A stretch of DNA of 64,000 bases from assembly GCA_964464115.1 (NCBI GenBank), contig CAYXEW010000001.1:8740-72739 (forward strand), given 5' to 3'. Below the pieces are notes generated by a model, which worked only from the letters and a program-made list of their open reading frames with translations, made no database searches and was not told where the DNA came from. The position numbers were made by a program, and so were the translations under genes. The stretch comes from an uncultured Verrucomicrobiota bacterium (lineage in GTDB: Bacteria > Verrucomicrobiota > Kiritimatiellia > CAYTQP01 > CAYXEW01). Below are positions 47,217-56,566 of the stretch, piece by piece (position 1 is the first letter of the stretch; the number at the start of each line of letters is the position of its first letter).

Positions 47217-49563
47217 GAATATAACAGCTCTGCCGACTAACGGGCCTGAAGTGAGCGTCATTCTCGTAAACTATAACGGGAAAAAGTGGCTGGAGAACTG
47301 CCTGAGAAGTCTCCGCCGTACACGAGATGTGTCTTTTGATATTATTCTGATCGACAATGCATCCGTTGACGGAAGTCTCGACTGGCTCCGGGAACACGCG
47401 CCGGACATCCAGGTGCTGTCTCAGGATGTCAATATAGGATTTGGGCGCGCTAATGCGATCGGTGTAAGCGAAGCGCGCGGTTCCTATGTCGCGTTTCTGA
47501 ATACGGATACTGCGGTGGACCCCGATTGGCTGTCGGCACTGCTGCATGGCCTCAGAGAAGATGAATCCATCGGCGCCGTGACATCGTTGATGACCTCGAT
47601 GGATCATCCTGAGATGATCAATGCTGCGGGCGGGGGAATGACGTGGACCGGTTACAGTTACAGGCGTTACTGCAACTGGTTTATTGACGATTATGCTGCA
47701 CTGCATGGTGACAGTTGCGCTGATGTATTCTTTGCTTCCGGAGCTGCCATGCTGATGAAAAAGGAGACGTTTCTGGAAGTGGGCGGCTTTGATGACGCCA
47801 TGTTCATGTATCATGAGGATGTCGATCTTGGATGGCGCTTATGGCTGGCCGGTGTTCGGGTCGCCGTCTGTCCTGCATCACGCGTACGGCATGCCGACAC
47901 CGGTTTCGAACAGGCTGCTGAAGCGATGTCTTTTTCCGAGGTGATGGGTGCGCGCCACAATGTCAGAACGCTCCTGAAGTGCTTTGAATGGCGGCAGGCC
48001 TTGATAGCCCTCTTTTATATAGCCATGATGTATGCCTATAAAAAACGCTTTGGCTTATTGTTTAAAGTCGCGTTATGGAATCTATATAAGGGGCCTTCAA
48101 CTATGGCAGAACGCCGGCGCATTCAAAAGGGTCGCGTTCGATGCGACCGGGAACTGCTGGACCGCTCTAGAATTGATCCATATGCGGCATTTCCGAGTCC
48201 GCTCTACCGCTTTAAGCCGGATGTGCCGCCCGAAGGACTCCTGATGAGCCACCACCTCTACCCGGGCGAAGATTCAGCTCTGGGGCGACTCGGGGAAGGG
48301 TGGTCAGCAAAGGTTGAGACAGATGGAAAGCCCTGTCGTATGATGGCGGATGCAGCCCACTGCGTCATGCTGGCCCGGCCCGGTCAGAAGGGGGCACTAC
48401 ATATCCATTTCAAGGGACTCAATGTGCACGGTACCACAACGCTGTATCTACACTGCAATGAACAATTTCTGAAAACAGATATACGCGATGGCCAATGGCA
48501 CGAGATGCAGATAAATGTGAATGTGCCGGAATCGGGACTGCTACAGATAAGAATGGGTCTTCAGGAACAGCATACAGTTCGATCGATTCACCGCACGCAT
48601 CTGAGCGTGAAATGCATCGTTTTTGAGCCCGATGAATCGGTTGAGGTAAAAACCCGGCCCGTTACTACCGCCGTTGTCATACCGCATATGAACAAGGGTG
48701 GTCCAATAGCTGAAGTAATCCGAGCCCTCGAACGCCAGACCGTGCTGCCCACTGAAGTGATTATTGTCGATGACGGTTCGCGTGTCCAACCTTTGGAAGA
48801 GCTGAAAGAAGTGGTTTCCAAACCTTGGAAGATACCCGTGCAACTCATTTGCCAGGCACATGCCGGACCCTCTGTCGCCCGGAACAGAGGGGTCGACGCT
48901 GCCAGCTCTGACATCGTGCTTTTTATTGGTGATGACATTTGTCCTGGGGAATGCTGGCTCGAACATCATCTGCGCACCCACGAGGAGTTGGGGCCGGGCC
49001 ATGCTGTTTGCGGTTATACGGTGTGGGACGATGACCGTATGCGCGTATCACCGCTTTTGAACTATGTGAATGAACACGGCGAGCAGTTTGGTTATGCGTA
49101 TTTCACGCAGCGCGGTGCTTTGCCTTTTACCTGCTTTTACACCAGCAATATATCGATAGCCCGCGATCTGCTGGAAATCTATCGCTTTGATCCGTGGTTT
49201 ACCGATGCCTGCTGGGAAGACTGTGAACTGGGCTATCGGCTGTGTTGTGCAGGAGTGCGCATCATCTACGAAGAGCGCGCCTCTGCGCGTCACTATCATC
49301 CCATGAATGCGACCGCTTTTTACCGCCGCCAGCAAAAAGCGGGGCGCCTCTATGCGACCATGGTGCGCGAGCGCTGGCCGCGCTTACAGGCCCATTTTTA
49401 TAATCCGTCTGAGCGCATGTTAGAGCGCTTGAAACGGTTTGAATGGTTGATTGAGGTCGGTGTCAAAACAATCTGTCTTGTGGATCGTTTTAATATTCCG
49501 CTGCCAAAGGCCGTATACCGTTATTCACTGGCGCTGGTCTATTGCCTCAGTATGCGGGAGTGA
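47200..49563 (+). CDS. tandem double-GT2 glycosyltransferase
   Basis: Two separate GT2 cores: VSVILVNYNGKKWL...ILIDNASVDGS...NTD at the N-terminus, and AVVIPHMNKGGPI...IIVDDGS...GDD at about residue 490. It is 787 aa. Confidence 0.8.
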   Translation: MNRECENITALPTNGPEVSVILVNYNGKKWLENCLRSLRRTRDVSFDIILIDNASVDGSLDWLREHAPDIQVLSQDVNIGFGRANAIGVSEARGSYVAFLNTDTAVDPDWLSALLHGLREDESIGAVTSLMTSMDHPEMINAAGGGMTWTGYSYRRYCNWFIDDYAALHGDSCADVFFASGAAMLMKKETFLEVGGFDDAMFMYHEDVDLGWRLWLAGVRVAVCPASRVRHADTGFEQAAEAMSFSEVMGARHNVRTLLKCFEWRQALIALFYIAMMYAYKKRFGLLFKVALWNLYKGPSTMAERRRIQKGRVRCDRELLDRSRIDPYAAFPSPLYRFKPDVPPEGLLMSHHLYPGEDSALGRLGEGWSAKVETDGKPCRMMADAAHCVMLARPGQKGALHIHFKGLNVHGTTTLYLHCNEQFLKTDIRDGQWHEMQINVNVPESGLLQIRMGLQEQHTVRSIHRTHLSVKCIVFEPDESVEVKTRPVTTAVVIPHMNKGGPIAEVIRALERQTVLPTEVIIVDDGSRVQPLEELKEVVSKPWKIPVQLICQAHAGPSVARNRGVDAASSDIVLFIGDDICPGECWLEHHLRTHEELGPGHAVCGYTVWDDDRMRVSPLLNYVNEHGEQFGYAYFTQRGALPFTCFYTSNISIARDLLEIYRFDPWFTDACWEDCELGYRLCCAGVRIIYEERASARHYHPMNATAFYRRQQKAGRLYATMVRERWPRLQAHFYNPSERMLERLKRFEWLIEVGVKTICLVDRFNIPLPKAVYRYSLALVYCLSMRE

Positions 49564-49577
49564 GCACCTGAACGCAA

Positions 49578-50756
49578 TTAATGATTCATACGCCTGGGCA
49601 GAGCCATAATACTGAAAAGATAAGAGCAGACCCCGAGCTGTGTGCCGTTAACGAAGCATAATAATCCGAATAAAAGCGGACGCGCCATGTCGAGATCACC
49701 AAAGCCCCTGACAAACCAGATAATGACGACGTACATGCAGAGCAGTACTCCGATCAGCAACAGGCTTCCGGCCAGCAGCGCACCCACTTCAAAAGACAGC
49801 TTTTCGTACAGCCAGGCCACGACCGGGTCATGCCGTATACCGGTCAGGTGGGCAAATGCCTTCGCGAGCATGCCGACACTCATAAACTGCATACTTACAA
49901 TATTGAGTACCCCCATAATCAGCATGAAGTGAATATCGATCCGGCGAGATGCAATCATGACCGGACCGAGCGCCAGTGGCAATATCAGGACGAGACTGAT
50001 GATCCAGAGGGTGATGCCGGGAATGACAAAAACCGTACTGGGGCTGTGCATCATCATAAAACGCAAATGCCGCCAGCCGTCGCGGAATGTGCGGAGTTTT
50101 GATTCACCTTCCCGCGGATGGTATTCAATATCGACAAACTGAATGCGCAAATTCTTGTAGATGGCCTTAATAATCATCTCACTGGCAAATTCCATACCGG
50201 TTGTGATACAGTCGAGAGCCCGGTATGCACTTTTTGTGATTGCCCGGTAGCCGCTGTGAGCGTCTTCTATATCTTTTCGGTGCCACATAAGCTGCACCAT
50301 TTTGGTCAGCAAGGGGTTGCCCAGATGCTGATGCAGAAAGGGCATGGCTTTGGGTTTGACGCCCTGCAGCCGGTTGCCAAGCACAAAATCTGCCCGGCCG
50401 TCCAGTACGGGCTGTAGAATATCCTGTATACGTGACAAATCATAAGTGGTATCGCCATCTGCCATCACCAGAATGGAATAGCGGGATTCTTCAAAACCTT
50501 TGCGAATGGCTGAACCATAACCCTTTCGGCATTCCCGGACAATAACGGCCCCAGCTTCTTTGGCGCATTCGATGGAACGGTCTGTGGAACCGTTATCGGA
50601 GACGATCACTTCAAACGGAATCTGCATGGCGGTGAGGGCCTCGCGGGCATCCGTCACCACTCTGGCAATGGACTGCTCCTCATTGAGGCAGGGAATGACC
50701 ACCGATACGCCAACATGTTCATCCGGCCCTGTTGACTGCTGTGCTGCGTTGTTCAT
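49578..50756 (-). CDS. membrane-anchored GT2 polyprenyl-phosphate glycosyltransferase (GtrB/ArnC/Ppm1-like) with a C-terminal module of about four TM helices
   Basis: VSVVIPCLNEEQSI...VSDNGSTDRS...ADGD. The C-terminal 150 aa or so are strongly hydrophobic with about four TM helices, and could be a fused GtrA-like flippase. Confidence 0.75.
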   Translation of the reverse strand: MNNAAQQSTGPDEHVGVSVVIPCLNEEQSIARVVTDAREALTAMQIPFEVIVSDNGSTDRSIECAKEAGAVIVRECRKGYGSAIRKGFEESRYSILVMADGDTTYDLSRIQDILQPVLDGRADFVLGNRLQGVKPKAMPFLHQHLGNPLLTKMVQLMWHRKDIEDAHSGYRAITKSAYRALDCITTGMEFASEMIIKAIYKNLRIQFVDIEYHPREGESKLRTFRDGWRHLRFMMMHSPSTVFVIPGITLWIISLVLILPLALGPVMIASRRIDIHFMLIMGVLNIVSMQFMSVGMLAKAFAHLTGIRHDPVVAWLYEKLSFEVGALLAGSLLLIGVLLCMYVVIIWFVRGFGDLDMARPLLFGLLCFVNGTQLGVCSYLFSIMALPRRMNH

Positions 50757-50762
50757 GATTGT

Positions 50763-52748
50763 TTACTCCGCTGACAGGCGGTACAGAATAAAATGACCGC
50801 CTCTTTTTTTAGTACCCTTCGGCACGCTCCTTTTGGGATGGTGCTGTATGTGGGAATATAGCGGATGATGACTGTGCTCAGAAGCCCTAATTGTGGTAAA
50901 ATCCGGCGGGCCGTTGAGTGACAGGTAAAAGGTGTTGGTTGTCTGTGCTGCCAGATGTTGTGCGAGACTCTCCACCGCTTCGGGATCATCGCATTCTTCG
51001 AGATGCAGTTCATAGCTTCGGTGGCCGTAGAGAAACCGCAGCGGGGCGGCAAAGCCGGGTTGATCGCACAGGATGAACGCGTCAGCCGGCAGCGCTTCAT
51101 TCACCTCATGATACCAGGCTGTGAGGCCGGGCCAGTCCCGGTTGCGGGCCATGGCGGCTGTTTGCCGGACCGTGAATCCCGTTAAAAGTAGAAAGGCAGC
51201 AATATAAACCATGGTTGCATAGGTGGGTTTCCGCCGCCCGGCCAGCTGAGCGAGCAGGGCGGTGGTCGCACAATAGCCGATAATGATCAGGGGTAGAATG
51301 ACGGGCACAAAGCGCCTCGTAAGCCACATCATGAACTGGTCATTGAATATGTTCAGCGTCAGGACAGCCATGACCAGCATGGAGCAAAATGACCAGATGC
51401 GCAGTGAGGTCTCCCGGCAGCGAAGCAGGATGATAGCGATGCCGGCAATACCCATGGCGAGCCCCACGAATCCAAACAGCACCTTGAGACGAACAAAGTT
51501 CCAGGCATTGTGATCGCTGAGCGCTTCAAAAATCCAGTACATCGGCGTATTTTCAGCCTGCTGGAAAAGGTCCATGAATTCATCGTTGCGCAGCACAAAC
51601 TGCGGTCGGATAAACCATCCCCACAGGGCATACAGGATGAATGCCGCGGTATACAGAAAACGGGTTTTATAAATGCCGCTGAGAAGTATATCGCGCTGTC
51701 GCTGCTTTAACAGCAAGGCGGCTCCGATAATCACAAGGCCCGTCACGGTGAAACCTTTGAGGAAAGGCAGGACGAGGCCGGGGAGCGGATGGTAATAGGG
51801 TGCCAGTATGCGCATATGCAGCCACGCGTGAATACCCAGCATCGAGGTTAGGGAAAAAGTAATGAGATATGCATAATGTTGTTTGGTGACCAGCGTGTGC
51901 CAGAGAAGGAGCGCCAACAGGGGGACGAGGATGAGGATGGTGTCGTAGCGCGTCATCCATGCCAGACCCAACGCGATACCGGCCAGCGTGGCCGCAAAGA
52001 TACGATGCCTGGATCGTTCTACTTCGCAGAGCCAGAACGCACCCGTGAGGAGCAGGAACTGAGTCAGCAGCTCCGCGGTCGGAAAACGGCTCTGCCACAA
52101 CTGTGCCGGATTCAGCATCAGTGCCGCTGATGCCAGTAGACCTGCTTTCCATCCATAGGTGCGGCTGATGAGCGCATACAGAATGAGAATGGAGCCGATC
52201 TGCAGTATGGCGTTGACAGACAGCGCCCCTCCGATTCCGAAAAAATCATACGCTACGGCGAGCAGTGATGGAAAAAAATGGTAAAACTGTGGTGACAGGC
52301 GTTGGTTCGGCAGCAGCCGCATACCCAGAAAGGGTTCCGTGATAGAGTACAGGTCCCGACTGACCGCGCGTAGCTGATCGGGTGGCAGGGCCGTATAGTC
52401 ATCGGCATTGAGCTGTATGTTACCATCTCTGGCAATGGAGGCGGCCGTGTGCAGATAAACGCCCGGATCCCATCCCCCGAGCAGAAGCTCGCCGGCAGGC
52501 AGTGATAACCGGAGGCTTATCATAATAAGTGCTGCCAGAATCCATCCCGTCCACCGGTTTCGGTCGACGGGGATGAGAACTTTTTTCCTGACAGCCAGCG
52601 TGATCAGAAATGTCGTGAGGCCACCCCCCGCAGTCAGCGCAACCCAACCGTTAAACTGCCCCGCCTCCGCCAGAACATAGGCCGTGTATCCGGCCCCGGC
52701 GACCAGCCCGAATAAGAGGAGGGGTATATATGTCATCAGTGCACTCAC
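50763..52748 (-). CDS. polytopic GT-C fold glycosyltransferase (ArnT/PMT/GT39-GT83-like)
   Basis: 661 aa with more than 10 TM helices and a periplasmic C-terminal domain. Its stop is 4 nt from the GtrB-like gene, the classic donor-synthase plus GT-C transferase pairing. Confidence 0.6.
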   Translation of the reverse strand: MSALMTYIPLLLFGLVAGAGYTAYVLAEAGQFNGWVALTAGGGLTTFLITLAVRKKVLIPVDRNRWTGWILAALIMISLRLSLPAGELLLGGWDPGVYLHTAASIARDGNIQLNADDYTALPPDQLRAVSRDLYSITEPFLGMRLLPNQRLSPQFYHFFPSLLAVAYDFFGIGGALSVNAILQIGSILILYALISRTYGWKAGLLASAALMLNPAQLWQSRFPTAELLTQFLLLTGAFWLCEVERSRHRIFAATLAGIALGLAWMTRYDTILILVPLLALLLWHTLVTKQHYAYLITFSLTSMLGIHAWLHMRILAPYYHPLPGLVLPFLKGFTVTGLVIIGAALLLKQRQRDILLSGIYKTRFLYTAAFILYALWGWFIRPQFVLRNDEFMDLFQQAENTPMYWIFEALSDHNAWNFVRLKVLFGFVGLAMGIAGIAIILLRCRETSLRIWSFCSMLVMAVLTLNIFNDQFMMWLTRRFVPVILPLIIIGYCATTALLAQLAGRRKPTYATMVYIAAFLLLTGFTVRQTAAMARNRDWPGLTAWYHEVNEALPADAFILCDQPGFAAPLRFLYGHRSYELHLEECDDPEAVESLAQHLAAQTTNTFYLSLNGPPDFTTIRASEHSHHPLYSHIQHHPKRSVPKGTKKRGGHFILYRLSAE

Positions 52749-54208
52749 TGTTCAGGTGTTTCCCCGGCTTTAAACTTCGCGGCATATTGGTGGAGGATGG
52801 AAGGCGGGCAGTAGACACCGTTTTCGACACAACTGTCAAAGATGTCAGCCGCATAGGCGCTGCTTTCTTGCGGATAGTGAAGGCCGTGACCGAATGCCAT
52901 GTATTTTGCTGTCACGCTGATGAGTTTCTTTCTCCATTGTTGCATAGCGCCTGACGCCGACCATGTGGCCAGTGTAAACACGATGAGTAAAACACTGAAT
53001 ACGGCGGACAAAATGCTTTTTCGACTGAAGAACGCGGGGTAGAGTCGGAGAAGGACCGCCAGTGTGACGGTCAAGAATAAGACCGAATTGATGCGGTAGC
53101 GAACCTCGAGAGCCTGAGCAACACCGAAACCGGACCGGCCGACTGCCGTAGCGGCAGCCGTCAGCAACAGGTAAATCAAAAAGGCATAGAGCCCCGGCAC
53201 CTTTCGGTAACCGTGCTGAATCGTGATGAATCCGAAAAGAAAAAGCAGCAGGGCACCCAGTGCCAGCGCAGCCTGACCATTGAGAAAGATGGAGCCCAGG
53301 AAGAGCAGTATATAGTGAATGATACGAACGGGTTGGAAAAGGCTTTCCTGAACATCCGGATGATGTTCGGGATGGGCGTAGTTATAAAAGTAGGCTGTTG
53401 CGAGGAACAGTCCGAGCAGTACCAGCAAGATGAGGTCCATTACACGATGGCGACCATCTACTCCGTTGCGGAGCCAAACAGCATCCCCCCATAAGAGCAT
53501 AAATGTTCCCAATATGGCAGGCACCGTAAAGATGCCTGATCCAGTCGAAAAGGATGCCAGAAAAGCACTGATACAAAACAATATACGTACATAGCTTGCG
53601 CGTGATGAGAAAAACAGGATGCAGGCTGTAAACGAGAAAAAAAGCGCAGCATTAAATTGTACGGCCGTCGTGCTCCACATCATGTTAATCCATGCAAAAG
53701 GAGCAAAGAGCATGGCCCCCATCAATGGCAGTTGAACCGGTGAAACACTTTTTCTCAAATGCATGAGAAGTGCTGCGTAGAGCGCTGCCAGGTAGCCCGT
53801 CCCCGAAATCGTTATCCATTTTAATTGGACACTGCCGGAAAGAGATGAGCACAGCTCCGCAGTCAAACGGGTCAGCAGTATGCGATGCTCATTATGAAGA
53901 TGAAAAAGCGATGTTAGCGTAAAGCGCTCCTGAAGGGGGCGGTTCATATAGAGAAGGATCGCGTCAAAGTCATCCCAGGATGGAATATTTATAGCGTAGC
54001 GAGCGATGAGGAAGAAGTGGACAAAAGGAAACAGCAGTATCAGAACACAGATAGCCGCATGGCGTGTCCTGCGGGGCAGTTTATGAGCATAAAAGCCCCA
54101 TAGACAGGCCAACGCGATGCAGACTGCTGTCAGACTCAATGAGGTAAGTACCGGCAGTGTGCTTGAAAATAGTAGAAAATTTGTAAAATGAACGTACAAA
54201 AGCACCAT
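52745..54208 (-). CDS. second polytopic membrane protein (GT-C-like or glycan polymerase-like), translationally coupled to the GT-C gene
   Basis: 487 aa with more than 10 TM helices. Its stop overlaps the downstream start by 4 nt. Confidence 0.5.
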   Translation of the reverse strand: MVLLYVHFTNFLLFSSTLPVLTSLSLTAVCIALACLWGFYAHKLPRRTRHAAICVLILLFPFVHFFLIARYAINIPSWDDFDAILLYMNRPLQERFTLTSLFHLHNEHRILLTRLTAELCSSLSGSVQLKWITISGTGYLAALYAALLMHLRKSVSPVQLPLMGAMLFAPFAWINMMWSTTAVQFNAALFFSFTACILFFSSRASYVRILFCISAFLASFSTGSGIFTVPAILGTFMLLWGDAVWLRNGVDGRHRVMDLILLVLLGLFLATAYFYNYAHPEHHPDVQESLFQPVRIIHYILLFLGSIFLNGQAALALGALLLFLFGFITIQHGYRKVPGLYAFLIYLLLTAAATAVGRSGFGVAQALEVRYRINSVLFLTVTLAVLLRLYPAFFSRKSILSAVFSVLLIVFTLATWSASGAMQQWRKKLISVTAKYMAFGHGLHYPQESSAYAADIFDSCVENGVYCPPSILHQYAAKFKAGETPEQ

Positions 54209-54320
54209 CCAATAAATTAAAAAAACAAGCTAAGCATAGTGCATATGACAGGATCAATCGGAACCTTAAAAATAATAATTATTTTATAGACAAAATGCAT
54301 TTATTGTTTATAATGTAATT

Positions 54321-54749
54321 ATGAGTTTCAGTATATTACTTGTTGAAAAAGAAAACGTACTCGGATCGCGGGTAATGGAATGGTGTCAAGCCCCGAATAC
54401 GACTCTACAACACATACCAAGTCTTACGGACGGAATTGACTGGTTGCATCAGCATACCTGTCATTTGCTTATCCTCGATATGGACTCACATGAAATGAGG
54501 CAATTGCTGGCGCTCAAACTGATTAACAGCAGCTTTCCCGAATTAAACGTCATCGCGGTTGGCTGCCGCCACTCATTGGCATTGCGCTGTGAAGCGAAAA
54601 ATATGGGGTGCGTTGAAGTGCTCTCAAAGCCGGTCGATACGGATACGTTGAAAGCGGCGCTGGAACACTTCCGTCAAGGTGATTCGTTATGCGGGTCAGA
54701 AGAGACCATTCCTTGTTTGGATTTTACAACAATAGGAGTGCCAGTATGA
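54321..54749 (+). CDS. receiver-like (CheY-fold) protein with a degenerate acidic pocket
   Basis: ILLVEKEN...LLILDMD...VIAVG...K follows the receiver topology, but the N-terminal DD pair is replaced (EKE). Confidence 0.45.
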   Translation: MSFSILLVEKENVLGSRVMEWCQAPNTTLQHIPSLTDGIDWLHQHTCHLLILDMDSHEMRQLLALKLINSSFPELNVIAVGCRHSLALRCEAKNMGCVEVLSKPVDTDTLKAALEHFRQGDSLCGSEETIPCLDFTTIGVPV

Positions 54750-55135
54750 AAACGAGAGTATTGCTGATAGAAGACCATACGTCGGTGCGTGCCGGTGTAG
54801 AGCATGACTTGCAGCAGATTGATTGTGAAACGATCGATGCTGTAACCGAGGATGATTGCATTCGGGTTTTGGCTCACGGCGATGCAGATGTCGTTCTGCT
54901 CGATGCTTTCACAGGAGAAATAGACGGGCTGACTGTTTTACAGCATATTCATACTTTTTATCCAGATATACCTATGATTGTCGTTGCGGGTGAGGAATCC
55001 TTTATCATGGGGCTGCCCCCCTCCAGGGAGGAGACCACAGATCTGCGGGGCAACCGGCAGTCAGGTCTCGAATCGGTAATATGGGAAATCGAACACTTCC
55101 TGGATCCGCTAATGACGGGCACCGATGGCAAGTGA
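54746..55135 (+). CDS. single-domain response regulator (receiver only)
   Basis: MKTRVLLIEDH...VVLLDAFTGEIDG...MIVVAGEES. An AGGAG ribosome-binding site is present, and the ATG overlaps the upstream stop (ATGA). Confidence 0.7.
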   Translation: MKTRVLLIEDHTSVRAGVEHDLQQIDCETIDAVTEDDCIRVLAHGDADVVLLDAFTGEIDGLTVLQHIHTFYPDIPMIVVAGEESFIMGLPPSREETTDLRGNRQSGLESVIWEIEHFLDPLMTGTDGK

Positions 55136-55259
55136 GTCATGGCAGGGGGATTTTCCTCGGCATCGGTGCATCGGCATGCAGCTTAAGTAGTTGACCGTCA
55201 GGTGAAAACGCTATTGATTTCTAGGTCCTCGTAGAATTTCGTTTCACCGCCATGAGCAA

Positions 55260-55487
55260 ATGGATGTAAATAACTTGTATAGACCTGCATCATCGCTTAC
55301 TATGCCGCGCATGAGTAAACAATTAATCGCAGCTTTATTACTGATAGCACTGGTGGTGGCTGTCGCACTGTTCAACCAGGGCCATATGAAGCTGGACCTG
55401 CTGGCCACTGAATTCAAGATCCTTAAATCAGCCGCACTATTGTTTTTTACGGCCGTTGGTATCGTCATCGGCGCCCTGATTAAGTAG
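55260..55487 (+). CDS. LapA/DUF1049-like small inner-membrane protein
   Basis: MSKQLIAALLLIALVVAVALFNQGHMKLDLLATEFKILKSAALLFFTAVGIVIGALI follows the LapA (YciS) pattern of TM1, NQ, ...LL...L..LL..F..G...G.LI. The start is likely the internal ATG at 55302 or 55311. Confidence 0.5.
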   Translation: MDVNNLYRPASSLTMPRMSKQLIAALLLIALVVAVALFNQGHMKLDLLATEFKILKSAALLFFTAVGIVIGALIK

Positions 55488-55603
55488 TCCGTACGCATAT
55501 GCTGCTCCGGTGCTGAAAATCTTCACGTTTTTCTTTTATCCTCATTCATCATGGTGATAATGGGTGCTCCTATGATATACAGTTACAGTGTGGATGTTGA
55601 TAA

Positions 55604-56566
55604 ATGAGAATATTGTCAGGTATACAGCCGTCGGGAAAACTGCATCTCGGCAACTATTTCGGCATGATGCTGCCAGCCATTGAACTGCAGGAGCAAGGTG
55701 AGGCATTCCTCTTTATTGCGGATTATCACGCCCTGACGACGGTTCACGATGCGGCGGCCATGAGGCAGGGGGCGCAGGATGTGGCTCTGGATTTTTTAGC
55801 CTGCGGACTCGATAGTGAAAAGACTGCTTTTTACAGGCAGAGTGACGTCCCCGAGGTGACGGAACTGATGTGGCTATTGTCTATCCTGACACCCATGGGA
55901 CTGCTTGAACGCTGTCATTCCTATAAAGACAAAATCGCCAAAGGAATTCCTGCAAGTCATGCACTGTTTTCCTATCCCGTTCTTATGGCGGCCGACATTC
56001 TTTCAGTTCAGTCCAATGTCGTGCCGGTGGGGCGGGATCAGAAACAGCACGTGGAAGTTACGCGCGATATGGCCATCAAATTCAATAACACATTCGGCGA
56101 TGTATTTACTATTCCGGAGCCGGTGATTCGTGAAAGTGTGGCGGTGGTGCCGGGCATCGATGGTCAGAAAATGTCAAAATCTTACCACAATACCATCGAA
56201 ATTTTCGGCGAGCGAAAGGCTGTCAAAAAAAGTGTCATGAGCATTGTGACAGACAGCACACCGCTGGAAGACCCGAAAGATCCGGATACGTGCAATGTAT
56301 TTGCCCTGTACAAGCTATTCAGCAGCGAGGCTGAACAGGCGGATTTAGCCGCCCGATACCGGGCGGGCGGTTTTGGATATGGAACGGCCAAAAAGGAGCT
56401 GCTCGCCAAGATACAGGACTATTTTGAACCCATGCGACAAAAGCGTGAAGAGCTTGCGGCAAAACCTGAATACATTGAATCCGTTCTTCGCAGAGGGGCT
56501 GAACGGGCTCGTGCCTGCGCGGCTCGCACGCTCTCAGAAGCCAGAAAGGCTGCAGGTTTATCATGA
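55604..56566 (+). CDS. trpS: tryptophanyl-tRNA synthetase
   Basis: GIQPSGKLHLGNY (the HIGH region) and KMSKS are both present. It is 320 aa. Confidence 0.9.
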   Translation: MRILSGIQPSGKLHLGNYFGMMLPAIELQEQGEAFLFIADYHALTTVHDAAAMRQGAQDVALDFLACGLDSEKTAFYRQSDVPEVTELMWLLSILTPMGLLERCHSYKDKIAKGIPASHALFSYPVLMAADILSVQSNVVPVGRDQKQHVEVTRDMAIKFNNTFGDVFTIPEPVIRESVAVVPGIDGQKMSKSYHNTIEIFGERKAVKKSVMSIVTDSTPLEDPKDPDTCNVFALYKLFSSEAEQADLAARYRAGGFGYGTAKKELLAKIQDYFEPMRQKREELAAKPEYIESVLRRGAERARACAARTLSEARKAAGLS

